In this document: positions 19,604 to 29,457 of the stretch, piece after piece | Position numbering within the stretch: the stretch's first letter is position 1 | How the letters are laid out: every line of letters begins with the position of its first letter | From: a bacterium | Lineage (GTDB): Bacteria; UBA8248 | Length of the DNA stretch: 64,000 nucleotides | NCBI GenBank assembly: GCA_965199855.1 | Contig: OZ241326.1 | Span: 2,848,001 to 2,912,000, forward strand | Reading direction: 5' to 3' | Position numbers and translations under genes: made by a program | Notes under the pieces: model-generated | Told to the model about the DNA's origin: nothing | What the model saw: the letters and a program-made list of their open reading frames with translations, nothing else | Database searches by the model: none

Positions 19604-19816
19604 GTCCTCTCCCCGCCGCGCCGAAGCCGTGGAGGCTCATGGGATTTCCCGCGAATCCCCGCGCCGCTCGTCCCATGAGGGAATGTCTCCTCCAGCATAA
19701 ACGCGCCGCGCCGGACGCGCAAGGCGGAAAGCGGCGCCGCCCGCCTCTCGCGCGCGGGGCCGGCGCGGCGCGCCCGCGCTTTTGACGCCGCGTCCCCCGT
19801 TTGCCATGATGGGCGC

Positions 19817-21145
19817 ATGAACGCCGCGGACTTCAGAACCTGGCTCGCGCATCTCGAGGAAAGCGGGCGGCTGAGGCGCGTCGCCCGCAAGGTCGCCCTG
19901 CGCCACGAGGTCGCCGCCCTCTCGCGGAAGGCGGACGGCGAAGCCGCGCTCCTCTTCGAGAAAACCGACGGCGCGCCGATGCCCGTCGCCGCCAACGTCG
20001 CCTGCCGGAGGTCGTGGTACGCAGAAACCATGGGGGTCGCGCCCGAGGCGCTGCTGCCCGAGCTTCAGCGCAGGCAGGAAATCAGGCTCAAGCCCCGAGA
20101 GGCGTCCGACGCGCCGTTTCTCCACGAAGTCATCACGCGGGACATCGACGTCCGGCGCATCCTCCCCCTGCCCACCTACCACGAGCTGGACGGGGGGCCT
20201 TACGTCTCCGCCGGCGTCTTCATCGCGCGGGACCCGGACACAGGCGCAGGCAACGTCTCGATTCACAGGATGCACGCCCTGGAGCCGGACCTCTTCGGCC
20301 TGCTCGTCCTCCCGCGCCACCTGAAGGGCATGATGCGGCGCGCGGCCGAACGCGGGGAGGCGCTCCGCGCGGCCGTCTGCGTGGGGCTGGACCCCCTGCT
20401 CCTCATGGCGAGCCAGCTGGTGCTCGCCCCGGGAGAGGACGAGCTGGAGGCGGCGGGCGGGCTTAGCGGCCGCGCCGTGGAAACGGCGCCCGCCCCCTGG
20501 TCGGGCATTCCCGTCCCCGCGGGGGCGGAAATCGTCATCGAGGGGGAGATTCCCCCGGCAGAGCGCAGGCGGGAGGGGCCCTTCGGCGAGTTTCCGCGCT
20601 ACTACGGCCCGGCGGCGGAGCGCGAGGTGTTCCGGGTGAAGTCCGTCGCCATGCGGGAGCGCCCGGTGTTCTACTCCATCCTGGCGGCGGGCTGCGACCA
20701 TCTGCTCATGGGCGCGATTCCGAGGGAGGCGGCGCTCCTGCGCGACCTTCAGAAGGCGGTTCCCTCCGTCACCGACGCGGCTCTCCCCCTCTCCGGGGCG
20801 GGCCGCTTCCACTGCGTGATCCAGATGCGCAAGGCAAACGAGGGGGAGCCCAAAAGCGCGCTCATGGCCGCGCTCGCCGCCCACTACGACGTGAAGCGCG
20901 CCGTCTGCGTGGATCACGACATCGACGCTCACGACCCCGCGCAGGTCGATTGGGCGCTGGCGACGCGCTTTCAGGCGGACGCGGATTCGTTCATCGTCCC
21001 CGGCGCCTGGGGCAGCCGCCTCGACCCCTCCGCCAGCGAGGGCGTGACCGCCAAGATGGGCATGGACGCCACCGCGCCCCTGGGCGGGCTGGAGGGCGCC
21101 TTCCGCCCCCTGAGAATTCCGGGCGCCGAGGACGCGGCGTTCTAG
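19817..21145 (+). CDS. UbiD-family prFMN-dependent (de)carboxylase
   Basis: 'LPLPTYHELDGGPY', 'NVSIHRM', 'AEIVIEG', 'REGPFGEFPRYY', 'WALATRFQAD', 'LDPS'. Confidence 0.92.
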   Translation: MNAADFRTWLAHLEESGRLRRVARKVALRHEVAALSRKADGEAALLFEKTDGAPMPVAANVACRRSWYAETMGVAPEALLPELQRRQEIRLKPREASDAPFLHEVITRDIDVRRILPLPTYHELDGGPYVSAGVFIARDPDTGAGNVSIHRMHALEPDLFGLLVLPRHLKGMMRRAAERGEALRAAVCVGLDPLLLMASQLVLAPGEDELEAAGGLSGRAVETAPAPWSGIPVPAGAEIVIEGEIPPAERRREGPFGEFPRYYGPAAEREVFRVKSVAMRERPVFYSILAAGCDHLLMGAIPREAALLRDLQKAVPSVTDAALPLSGAGRFHCVIQMRKANEGEPKSALMAALAAHYDVKRAVCVDHDIDAHDPAQVDWALATRFQADADSFIVPGAWGSRLDPSASEGVTAKMGMDATAPLGGLEGAFRPLRIPGAEDAAF

Positions 21146-21271
21146 ACGCGGGGGAGATTTCGCGGAGGATTGAAAGAGGCGGCCGTTTCGCAGGGGCGGT
21201 TCGGAACCCGCCCTTTCAAGGACGACGGAGCGGCGAGGCGCGTCATTCCGGCGGCAATCCAGCCGAGCGCG

Positions 21272-21299
21272 CGTCATTCCGGCGAAAGCCGGAATCCAG
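21272..21299. repeat. CGTC-type REP (cgtcattccggcgaaagccggaatccag), left inverted repeat of the GIY-YIG unit
   Basis: Exact reverse complement of 21606-21633; internal hairpin attccggc-gaaa-gccggaat. Confidence 0.9.
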
Positions 21300-21300
21300 C

Positions 21301-21588
21301 TCAGGCGAGTTCCGCCAGCAAATCGCGCCATGCCGGATTGTCTTTTTCAATCAGCGCGAGCTTCCACGCCCGTTTCCAACTTTTGATGTTCTTTTCACGG
21401 GTGATCGCGCTTTCCATCGTTTCGTGGCTTTCATACCAGACCAGTCTGTGGACGCCATAGCGCCTCGTGAAGCCTTCGATCGAATGATTCTTGTGCTGTT
21501 GGACGCGCCGAAGGAGATTGGAAGTGACGCCGACATAGAGCGTCCCGTTGCGCTTGTTCGCGAGAATATAGACGCAAGGCTCCTTCAT
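21301..21588 (-). CDS. Stand-alone GIY-YIG nuclease (95 aa)
   Basis: 'CVYILANKRNGTLYVGVTSNLLRRVQQH', 'FTRRYGVHRLVWYE', 'AITREKNIKSWKRAWKLALIEKDNPAWRDL'. Confidence 0.92.
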   Translation of the reverse strand: MKEPCVYILANKRNGTLYVGVTSNLLRRVQQHKNHSIEGFTRRYGVHRLVWYESHETMESAITREKNIKSWKRAWKLALIEKDNPAWRDLLAELA

Positions 21589-21605
21589 GCGTCCGGGCAA
21601 TTCCC

Positions 21606-21633
21606 CTGGATTCCGGCTTTCGCCGGAATGACG
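21606..21633. repeat. CGTC-type REP, right inverted repeat of the GIY-YIG unit
   Basis: ctggattccggctttcgccggaatgacg. Further copies or variants at ~21241, 21797-21824, ~34112-34139, ~39394-39420, 39517-39544 and ~48975-48999. Confidence 0.9.
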
Positions 21634-21938
21634 GCTTGGGACGGCTCCTGAATCCACCAGTCCCGAAATGGAATCCGCCAGTCCCGGCAATGAAAGCGAT
21701 GGTCAACCGCTTCCCTGCCAAGCGGAATGGCGGGGCGATACCGGCTTCTCCGGTCTCTATCAGCGTCCGCGAGCCCGCTGTCCAGAGCCTTCGGGACGTC
21801 GTTCCGGCGAAAGCCGGAATCCAGCGTCTTTTTCGTCGGCTCCGGCTCGCGGCTTCCACCGCCACGGCGAAGGGAAGCGAAAAGCCTCCTGGCTCGGCGG
21901 GGCGCGTCATCGCCCCGGACAGCGAGGGCGATTCCGCT

Positions 21939-22901
21939 TCATCCCAGATTCAGATGCGGCAGAACCTCGCGCGTGAACCGCTCCAGCTGGCCCGCCTGAT
22001 CCCGGTGGGTGAAGCGAAGCGATACGTGCCGGGCGCCCGCCTCGATGAAGGCGTTGACGCGCTCTATCAGCGCCTCCGCCGGGCCGTAGATGCCCCACTT
22101 CTCGATGGAATCGCCCCAGAAGGGCGCGTAGTAGTAGTCGAGCAGGAACGCCTCGGCGTTCCGCATGGCGGATTCCCTGTCGTCGTCGATGCAGGTCGTC
22201 ATATACCACGCGGGGGTTCCGGGCTCGCGTCCGTTCTCGCGGGCGAGGCGGACGATCCTCCCCCAGGTTTCCCTGAATTCCTCGGGCGTCACGCGGTTGG
22301 GAAACCAGCCGTCCCCGTAGAGGGCGACCCTCCGCCAGGCGGTCTCCACCGTGGCCGAGGCTATCCACATGGGCACGGTCTTCTGGATGGGCCTGTGCGC
22401 CAGCGTGACGCCGCGCACATGATAATACCGACCCTCGAAGGTCACGCTCTCCTCCGTCCAGAGCCTGCGCATGAGCGTCATGTGCTCCTGCATGTAGAAC
22501 ATGCGCTTTCGGAAGGGAACGCCCAGGGTCTCGAACTCGTGGACGCACTCCTCGGGCTTGGGCGGGCCGATGCCGACGCCCAGAATCACGCGCCCGCCCG
22601 AGAGGACGTCCAGCGTCGCCACCTGATAGGCGAGAAAAACGGGGTCGCGCAGGCAGGGGAGGAAGACGGCGGTGCCGAGCTTCACGCGCTTCGTCCGCGC
22701 GGCGACGGCGGAGAGCACGGCCAAGGCCTCGAGCCGGGGCTTCGCCAGGACGGAATCGCCCACGAACACCGAATCGTAGCCCATGTCCTCCGCGCGCTCG
22801 GCCAGGTCGATGACGGGCGCCGCGTCCGGCGCGCCGCCGCTCCAGAGCAGCGCCCCGCGCGTGGGGAGCAGCACGCCGAGCCTTACCCTTCTCTCGCTCA
22901 T
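21939..22901 (-). CDS. LLM-class flavin/F420-dependent oxidoreductase
   Basis: Start MSERRVRLGVLLPTRG at 22901, overlapping the UbiD stop. 'GYDSVFVGDS', 'LGTAVFLP', 'SGGRVILGVG'. Confidence 0.88.
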   Translation of the reverse strand: MSERRVRLGVLLPTRGALLWSGGAPDAAPVIDLAERAEDMGYDSVFVGDSVLAKPRLEALAVLSAVAARTKRVKLGTAVFLPCLRDPVFLAYQVATLDVLSGGRVILGVGIGPPKPEECVHEFETLGVPFRKRMFYMQEHMTLMRRLWTEESVTFEGRYYHVRGVTLAHRPIQKTVPMWIASATVETAWRRVALYGDGWFPNRVTPEEFRETWGRIVRLARENGREPGTPAWYMTTCIDDDRESAMRNAEAFLLDYYYAPFWGDSIEKWGIYGPAEALIERVNAFIEAGARHVSLRFTHRDQAGQLERFTREVLPHLNLG

Positions 22902-24292
22902 TCCGAAGCCGGGAGGCGGACGCCCGCGCTCTCCAGGATGCCGCGCACGCGCGCGCGCCGCTCCTCGGGAATATGGAGCCGCTCGGCGAAGTCGCGGCCC
23001 GAGGGCTTCGTGGCGTCCACGCCGACCTTCGTGAGGGTATGATCCTCCGGGTCGGAGGTCGGGTCGAGAATCGCCCCCATCGCCCCGTGAATGAAGTTGA
23101 TGTCGCGCTCCGCGCGCGTTCTCGTGAGAACCGCCCAGGCCACGTCCGAGAGATTGAAGATGTCCACGTCCTCGTCCACCACCACCACGCACTTGCAGTA
23201 GAACTCGGCTCCCAGCGCGGCCATGATGGCCTGCTGCGGCTGCCCCTCCGCCGTCTTCTCCATCCGGACGATGGCCAGAAGCGCCCCCGCCGTGTTCGAG
23301 GGGACGTGCACGGCCGAGACGCCGGGCAGGTTGCGCCGGAGGACGTTCAGGATTTCCGCCTCCCGGCTCACGCAGGAGATGAGGATGTGATCCGCCGACA
23401 TCCCCGAGGCCACGCTGTGGAGCATGGCGTCCCCCCGCATCCGCGCGCGCTTCACGACGAACACGTTCTGCGTGCTGCGGTAGGAGGCGTAGCCCGTGAA
23501 CTCGCTGAAGGGGCCCTCGGGCTCGCGCTCGCCCGCGAGAATCTCGCCCTCGAGCACGATTTCCGCCTCCGCCGGCGCCTCGAGCGCCCCCGTCCCGCAT
23601 CTGGCAACGCGGTAGGGTTCGCCGAACAGGGCGCCGATGATCTCGTATTTCCGCACCCCCGGCGGGTAGTGCCAGGCCATCGAGCCCATGTAGTGCGCCG
23701 GATGAACGCCGATGACGATGGCCGCCGGCAGGGGCTCGCCCGCCTCCTCGGCCTTCCTGTGAAAGTGATACATCCGCCGCCTCGAGTGCAGGGAGAGGCC
23801 GAGCCGGTTCCTCCCCTTGAGCTGGAGGCGGTGAAAGCCCGTGGTGTCCACGCCCGTCTCGGGGTCGCGCGCCACGATCTGCCCCGCCGTGATGTAGGGG
23901 GCCGCGTCCACGGGAAAATGAAGGGGGATGGGGAGCTTCTCCAGGTCCACCTCGTCCCCTTCGAGGACGACCTCGCGCCAGGGCGCCTCCTCCACCACCT
24001 CCACGGGCTGGTAGTTCTGGCAGCGCTCCCTGTAGGCCGCGGGCAGGTCGCCCGGCGCCACGCCGAGGCACGCCGCCAGGAGCTTCCGGTTGGCCGCCGT
24101 GTTCGTGACGACCGAGCCGGCGAAGCCCTCCACGCGCTCGAAGAGGAGGACGGGGTATCTGCCCGCGCGCTCGAACTCGAAGACGGCGGGGGTGATGTCC
24201 TCCCTGGAGACGGGCTCGCGGACGCGGACGAACTCCTCGGGGTGGTCCCTCTCCACCATCGCCAGAAAGCCGCGCAGGCTCTGGTCGGCCAC
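22898..24292 (-). CDS. UbiD-family (de)carboxylase, second paralogue
   Basis: 'LPIPLHFPVDAAPYITAG', 'GFHRLQ', 'AEIVLEG', 'PEGPFSEFTGY', 'VVVDEDVDI', 'LDPT'. Confidence 0.92.
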   Translation of the reverse strand: MADQSLRGFLAMVERDHPEEFVRVREPVSREDITPAVFEFERAGRYPVLLFERVEGFAGSVVTNTAANRKLLAACLGVAPGDLPAAYRERCQNYQPVEVVEEAPWREVVLEGDEVDLEKLPIPLHFPVDAAPYITAGQIVARDPETGVDTTGFHRLQLKGRNRLGLSLHSRRRMYHFHRKAEEAGEPLPAAIVIGVHPAHYMGSMAWHYPPGVRKYEIIGALFGEPYRVARCGTGALEAPAEAEIVLEGEILAGEREPEGPFSEFTGYASYRSTQNVFVVKRARMRGDAMLHSVASGMSADHILISCVSREAEILNVLRRNLPGVSAVHVPSNTAGALLAIVRMEKTAEGQPQQAIMAALGAEFYCKCVVVVDEDVDIFNLSDVAWAVLTRTRAERDINFIHGAMGAILDPTSDPEDHTLTKVGVDATKPSGRDFAERLHIPEERRARVRGILESAGVRLPASE

Positions 24293-24305
24293 GCCGCGCC
24301 CCTCC

Positions 24306-25097
24306 CTACTTCGCCCAGGCGCCGCGATCCGCGTAGGGGCTGTCGAGGGGCGGCAGCGGGGGCGCGCCCTCCCGGGGCGGCTCCTCGTCCCAGAACTCGA
24401 TGGCGATGACGCGGGCGGGCGCCCCCTCGGTGTCCTTGAGCTTCACCGCGCCCGTCACCAGCAGGACGCGCTCCCTGCGGATCGCGCCGATGTTCGTACA
24501 CCACTCGATGAGGCAGATTCCGCGCTCGAGGAACTTGACGTGGTTGGGGCTCCAGTCCGGGGCGGGCCACCTGCGCTCCTCGGGCGGATGAAGCGGCGAG
24601 TCGCACGTCATGAAGTCCTGGACGAGCGCCTTGACGCCCTTGCCGATGAGCCAGTCCGCCGCGTCGGTGGAGAGATAGACCATGCGCTCCCAGAAGTCGC
24701 GCGAGCCCCACATGCGGTCGGTCCACTCCGTGCTGACGATGGCGATGTCGCCCGGGCGCACCTCCACGCCCGTCGCCTCGAGGTCCGCGGCCGTCACCGC
24801 CTCGGAGTCGCCCTTGCCCGGCACCTTGAGCACGCAGGCGTCGCCGCACACGTGGTCGAGCGGCACCTCGTCGTTCTTCAGCCCGTCGTGAAAGAAGTGG
24901 TAGGGCGCGTCGTAGTGCGTGTAGCTCTGCGTGGTCGTGGAGAAGCCGAAGTTGCAGATGTGGTCCACGTCCAGCGTGGCGATGGGGGTGATGGTCGTGC
25001 CCGGCGCGGGCTTGTCGTATATCTCATCGCGCGGAAACTGGACGTAGGTGTCCTTCGGGTCGACGGTGAGCGTGAGATCGACGAAGCGATACGGCAT
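24306..25097 (-). CDS. Cyclase/kynurenine formamidase-family metal hydrolase
   Basis: 'FVDLT', 'THYDAPYHF', 'PGDIAIVST', 'HVKFLERGICLIE', 'GAPARVIA'. Confidence 0.85.
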   Translation of the reverse strand: MPYRFVDLTLTVDPKDTYVQFPRDEIYDKPAPGTTITPIATLDVDHICNFGFSTTTQSYTHYDAPYHFFHDGLKNDEVPLDHVCGDACVLKVPGKGDSEAVTAADLEATGVEVRPGDIAIVSTEWTDRMWGSRDFWERMVYLSTDAADWLIGKGVKALVQDFMTCDSPLHPPEERRWPAPDWSPNHVKFLERGICLIEWCTNIGAIRRERVLLVTGAVKLKDTEGAPARVIAIEFWDEEPPREGAPPLPPLDSPYADRGAWAK

Positions 25098-25193
25098 GGC
25101 TCTCCCCCAGGCGGAGCGTCCGGGCTTCTGGATGGAGGCACTCCGCCGCCCGCGGGGGCCAGGCCCGGGCGGACGGCGGAGGCGCGCCCTCGG

Positions 25194-26174
25194 CTAGTTC
25201 CAGCCCTTCTCCTTGCAGTAGCGCGCCGCGCCCGCGTGAAGCGGCACGCCCATCTGCGACTCCTTGCAGCCCGTCTTCGCCGGCTGGAAGTTCCGGAGGC
25301 CCTTGTGGCCCGCCCGCAGGTCGGCGACGTTGTCGAGCAGCGCCTTCACGATCCTGTAGGCCGTGCCGTTGTCCATGGCGGTGGAGGCGATGACCGCCGT
25401 CGTGAAGCCGAAGGTCTTCCGGGGCACCGTCTGCCCCGGGAAGGTGTTCGCCGGCATGGTGGCCTTCAGGAAGCCGATGCCCAGCAGCTTGTCGCGGTAT
25501 TCGTCGGCGATCTCCAGGAACTTCAGCTTCTTCTGAACCGCGATGGAGGTGAGCGCGGGATGGCCCGCGTTCACGGTGTGGCTCAGCATGTCGGCCTGGC
25601 CGTCCTTCATGCGGCTCTTGATGGCGCCGAAGCCCGTGTGCGTGACCGAGCCGCCCATCTTCTTGATTCCCTCGTAGGTGACGCCGTGGGCGCCCAGCAT
25701 GGCGCGCGTGGCCCACTGGCCCAGGCCGCCGCGCGGCACCGTCACGTAGTTCACCGGAACCTTCCTGAGGTCGGTGACGGCGCTCACCTTCGGGTTCGTG
25801 GTGACGATGCCCAGGTAGTATTGATCCAGCCCCCCGAGCAGCCCGCGAAGGTTCTTGTAGGGCTTCTTGTAGGCCACCTTCCCCTGGTAGGCCCACGCCG
25901 CCGCCACGCTGAAGGTGAGCGCGGTGTTGAACTTGCCGGTGCCCACGTTCACGGGGTTGCCCACGCCGCCGCCCTTCGAGAGGGCGTCGATCTGGACGCC
26001 CGTCTTCGCGTTGTTGACGATGTTCGCCATGGTGGCCGAATAGACGTGCCAGCCGCTGCCCTTGCGCCAGCTGCCCATGGTGAGGCGGCTCGCCGCCTCC
26101 GCCGCCTGGACGGCCAAGAGCGCTCCGAGAGCCGCCGCGAGAACGAAACCCCTCTTCCAAGATGTGCGCTTCAT
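25194..26174 (-). CDS. TAXI-family TRAP transporter solute-binding subunit
   Basis: Signal peptide; 'GSGWHVYS', 'GGGVGN', 'VPLHAGAARY'; adjacent to the fused permease. Confidence 0.88.
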   Translation of the reverse strand: MKRTSWKRGFVLAAALGALLAVQAAEAASRLTMGSWRKGSGWHVYSATMANIVNNAKTGVQIDALSKGGGVGNPVNVGTGKFNTALTFSVAAAWAYQGKVAYKKPYKNLRGLLGGLDQYYLGIVTTNPKVSAVTDLRKVPVNYVTVPRGGLGQWATRAMLGAHGVTYEGIKKMGGSVTHTGFGAIKSRMKDGQADMLSHTVNAGHPALTSIAVQKKLKFLEIADEYRDKLLGIGFLKATMPANTFPGQTVPRKTFGFTTAVIASTAMDNGTAYRIVKALLDNVADLRAGHKGLRNFQPAKTGCKESQMGVPLHAGAARYCKEKGWN

Positions 26175-26232
26175 GCCGGAAACTCCTCTGTTGGAAAGAA
26201 TGCGGAGGCGCCCGCGCCCATGGCGCGCCCGC

Positions 26233-28104
26233 CTACCGGGAAGCCTGGCCCGCCGGACCCGGGGCCGCGCTCCTCCTCGCGCGCGCGAGGTGGCTCCAGA
26301 AAACGGCGAGCAGCAAAGCGGAGCCGATCACGTCCGTGAGCTTCTCGGGAACGATCAGCCCCAGCGAGCAGATGAAATACGCCGCGCGCTCCCGGCCCGA
26401 GAGCGGAAGCGAGACGTGCCCCGTAATCGCCGCCGCCAGCGCCGCGACCCCGATGGCGCAGGTCGCCGTCACCCAGAGCGTCTCGCCGAGCGCGCCGATG
26501 AAGAGCATGGAGGGATTATACACGAACGCCAGGGGGACGAGAAAGCCCGCCAGCGAGAGCTGAAACGCCTTCCAGCCCGTGGCGTTCAGGTCCGACTCGG
26601 CGACGCCCGAGGCGACGTAGGCCGAGAGCGCCACGGGCGGCGTCAGCATCGAGAGAATGGCGAAGTAGTAGATGAACATGTGCGCCGCCAGAACGGGAAG
26701 CCCCAGCTTCGAGAGGGCGGGCCCCAGAAGCGTGCCCGCCATGATGTAGGCGGCGGCCGTGGGCATCCCCATGCCCATGATGATGCAGCCGAGGAGGGTG
26801 AGGCCCAGGGCGGGCAGAATCATCCCCCCCGAGATGCTGACGATGAGGCCGGAGAACTTGAGCCCCAGGCCGGTGTCGTCCACCACGCCGACGACGACGC
26901 CCGCGATCGCGCAGGGGACGGCGACGGCGACCGTCATGCGGCCGGCTTTCTCGAGCGCCTCGAGAATCTTCTCCGCGCCCATGCGCGTCGCCCGCCGCGC
27001 CCAGCTCAGCGCGACCACCCCGATGGCCGCCGAGGTGGCCGACCACATGAGCGTGAAGCCGGCGACCATGTAGCCCACGAGCAGGACGATCGGGAGCAGA
27101 AGAAGGCCGCGCTCCAGGAGAATGCTCCGCAGCTCGGGCATCTCCTCCCGGCTCAGCCCCCGCAGGTTCAGCTTCTTCGCCTCGAGGTCCACCATGAAGA
27201 ACAGCGAGACGTAGTAGATGACGGCCGGGATGGCCGCCGCGCCCGCCACCCGCAGGTAGGGGGTGCCCGTCATGTCGGCGAGGATGAAGGCGCCCGCGCC
27301 CATGATGGGCGGCATGAGCTGCCCGCCCGTGGAGGCGACCGCCTCCACGGCGCCCGCGTAGTGGGGGGCGAAGCCCAGGCGCTTCATCAGCGGAATGGTG
27401 AAGACGCCGGTTCCCACGACGTTCGCCGTCGCGCTGCCGCTGATGGTTCCCATGAGGCTGCTGCTCACGATGGCCGCCTTGGCCGGGCCGCCCCGGAAGG
27501 CACCCGTCAGGCGGATGGCCAGGTCGATGAACATCCGCCCGCCGCCCGAGACCTCGAGCGCCGCCGAGAACAGGACGAAGTAGAACACCACCTCCACGCT
27601 CACCCCCAGGGGGACGCCCAGCAGCCCCTCGATGCTCAGGATCTGGAACTCGATGAAGGAGGGAAGCTCGATGAAGCGGTGCCCCAGCGCGCCCGGAATC
27701 AGGTGGCCCAGAAAGTTGTAGGCGAGCGCGGCGACGGCCACCGAGGTGACGCCCCAGCCGAGGTAGCGCCGCGACGCCTCGACCGTCAGGAGGATATAGA
27801 CGAGGCCCAGCCAGATGTAGCGCGCGGGCACCTCGTCCACGTCCCGGATGCGCTCGTTCAGGAAGTTCCACTCCCACAGATAGAGCAGCGCGATGCCCAT
27901 GGCGAGGGCGGCGAGCGCGTAGTCCGCCGCGCCGACGCGGCCTTCCTTGCGAAAGGGCTTGGTGAGAAAGACGATGCCCAGCGCGAAGCTCAGGTGCAGC
28001 GGCCGGGCGATGAAGACGTGCAGCATCCCGAAAAACGCCCAGTAGAGCTGGATGGACGCCCAGGCGATGGCCAGCGCGGCGACCGGGTTCAAAAACCGCT
28101 TCAT
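26233..28104 (-). CDS. TRAP transporter 4TM/12TM fused permease
   Basis: 'RGGPAKAAIVSS', 'GTISGSATANV', 'EAVASTGGQLMPPIMGAGAF', 'GMGMPT', 'TPPVAL'. Confidence 0.93.
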   Translation of the reverse strand: MKRFLNPVAALAIAWASIQLYWAFFGMLHVFIARPLHLSFALGIVFLTKPFRKEGRVGAADYALAALAMGIALLYLWEWNFLNERIRDVDEVPARYIWLGLVYILLTVEASRRYLGWGVTSVAVAALAYNFLGHLIPGALGHRFIELPSFIEFQILSIEGLLGVPLGVSVEVVFYFVLFSAALEVSGGGRMFIDLAIRLTGAFRGGPAKAAIVSSSLMGTISGSATANVVGTGVFTIPLMKRLGFAPHYAGAVEAVASTGGQLMPPIMGAGAFILADMTGTPYLRVAGAAAIPAVIYYVSLFFMVDLEAKKLNLRGLSREEMPELRSILLERGLLLLPIVLLVGYMVAGFTLMWSATSAAIGVVALSWARRATRMGAEKILEALEKAGRMTVAVAVPCAIAGVVVGVVDDTGLGLKFSGLIVSISGGMILPALGLTLLGCIIMGMGMPTAAAYIMAGTLLGPALSKLGLPVLAAHMFIYYFAILSMLTPPVALSAYVASGVAESDLNATGWKAFQLSLAGFLVPLAFVYNPSMLFIGALGETLWVTATCAIGVAALAAAITGHVSLPLSGRERAAYFICSLGLIVPEKLTDVIGSALLLAVFWSHLARARRSAAPGPAGQASR

Positions 28105-28272
28105 GGCGATTCCGTCCACTGTGAGGAAGCCCGAGAGCGCGCGAGAAGGCTCAAAGGTAGCAGGAAACCGCCGGAATATCCAAAAGGAGGGAAGCGCCGC
28201 GCGGGGGAAGCCCCCGAAAGGCGCGCGAGAGCCCGGGCCGCCTCCGGCCGTCCTCTTCCCGGCCGGCGCGCC

Positions 28273-29457
28273 TCACGCCGCCCAGGGGCGCGCGGGGGTT
28301 TTCGTGAGGAGCTCGCAGCCGTCCTCCTCCACGAGCGCCATCTGCTCGATGTTCACGCCGCCGGCGTCGGGCAGCACGAACTGCGGCTCCACGCAGAGCA
28401 CCATGCTGCGCTCGAGGGGCGCGTCGTTGTCGGGCCGGATGATGGGCGCCTCCACGGTCTCGAGGCCGATGCCGTGTCCCGCCATGGGGAAAAGATGCTG
28501 CCCCGCCCCGTCCGCGTTCTCATCCAGAAAGCGGCTCGCCGCCGCGTGAACCTCGGAGGCGGCCGCCCCCGCGCGAACGGCGGCCAGCGCCGCCTCCGAA
28601 GTCGCGGCGGTCAGCTCCAGCATGGCCTCCACCTTGCTCTCCAGCGGCTTGCCGGGAACCACGGCGGTGCGGTTGACGTCGAACCCGTAGCCCTCCACCG
28701 CGCCCACGTAGTCGAAGCGAATCAGGTCGCCCGCCTCGACCCTCCTCCGGGTCGCCTGCGGCCAGCGCGAACCCCAGCTCGCCCAGGGGCCGCTGTGGAC
28801 GCGCACGTAGCGCACGAAGTCCGCCCCCGCGCGCATCCCCGCCGCGTGCCCCTCGGCGCACAGGTCACTCTCGCGCGCGCCGGGGCGAATCGCCTCGAAT
28901 ATGGCGGCGTAGCCCACCTCGACGATCTCCGCCGCGCGCCTGAGCCAGGCGACCTCGGCTTCGCTCTTCCGCGCCCGCAGCCGCTCCACCAGGGCGTTCG
29001 CGTTCGAGAACCGCGCCTCGGGAAGCACCGAGGCGAGGTCGATATACATGGTCGCCGGCATGATATCCTCGCCGGCGACGCCCACCCGCGCGTCCGCCGC
29101 GCCCAGGCGCTCGAGCCTGCTCACGAGGGCGGCGGACATGTTCGCCTCCACCCGCACGTCCTCCACGCGCACCATGTCGCGGCGATAGTTGCGGTGATCC
29201 GCGAAGAGCGTCGGCGCCTCCTCGAGCGGCAGGACGAGCGCCCCGTGCCCCATGCCGCGCACGGCGTCGCTGAACGCTCCCGGCGGAAACGGCGGGAAAT
29301 GGTTGGTGAGGTAGGCCAGGCTCCCCATGCGGTCGTAGAAGGAGCGCCCGATGACGAGGAGGACGTCCAGCCCCCCGGCGCGCATGAGGCCGCGCGCGGC
29401 GGCGATTCTCCCTTCTATCTCCTCGCGGGAGGCGCCCTCTCCGCTCTCGATCACCAT
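28273..29457 (-). CDS. M24-family (Xaa-Pro peptidase/creatinase-like) hydrolase
   Basis: 'RARKSEAE', 'FDYVGAVEGYGFDVNRT', 'GHGIGL', 'VEP', 'NIEQM'. Confidence 0.87.
   Translation of the reverse strand: MVIESGEGASREEIEGRIAAARGLMRAGGLDVLLVIGRSFYDRMGSLAYLTNHFPPFPPGAFSDAVRGMGHGALVLPLEEAPTLFADHRNYRRDMVRVEDVRVEANMSAALVSRLERLGAADARVGVAGEDIMPATMYIDLASVLPEARFSNANALVERLRARKSEAEVAWLRRAAEIVEVGYAAIFEAIRPGARESDLCAEGHAAGMRAGADFVRYVRVHSGPWASWGSRWPQATRRRVEAGDLIRFDYVGAVEGYGFDVNRTAVVPGKPLESKVEAMLELTAATSEAALAAVRAGAAASEVHAAASRFLDENADGAGQHLFPMAGHGIGLETVEAPIIRPDNDAPLERSMVLCVEPQFVLPDAGGVNIEQMALVEEDGCELLTKTPARPWAA

Noticed and set aside
21650-21692. Imperfect 21/22-bp tandem repeat (gaatccaccagtcccgaaatg / gaatccgccagtcccggcaatg) beside the GIY-YIG unit
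   Set aside because: Only two degenerate copies and not on both sides of the unit, so it cannot be called a target-site duplication or operator.
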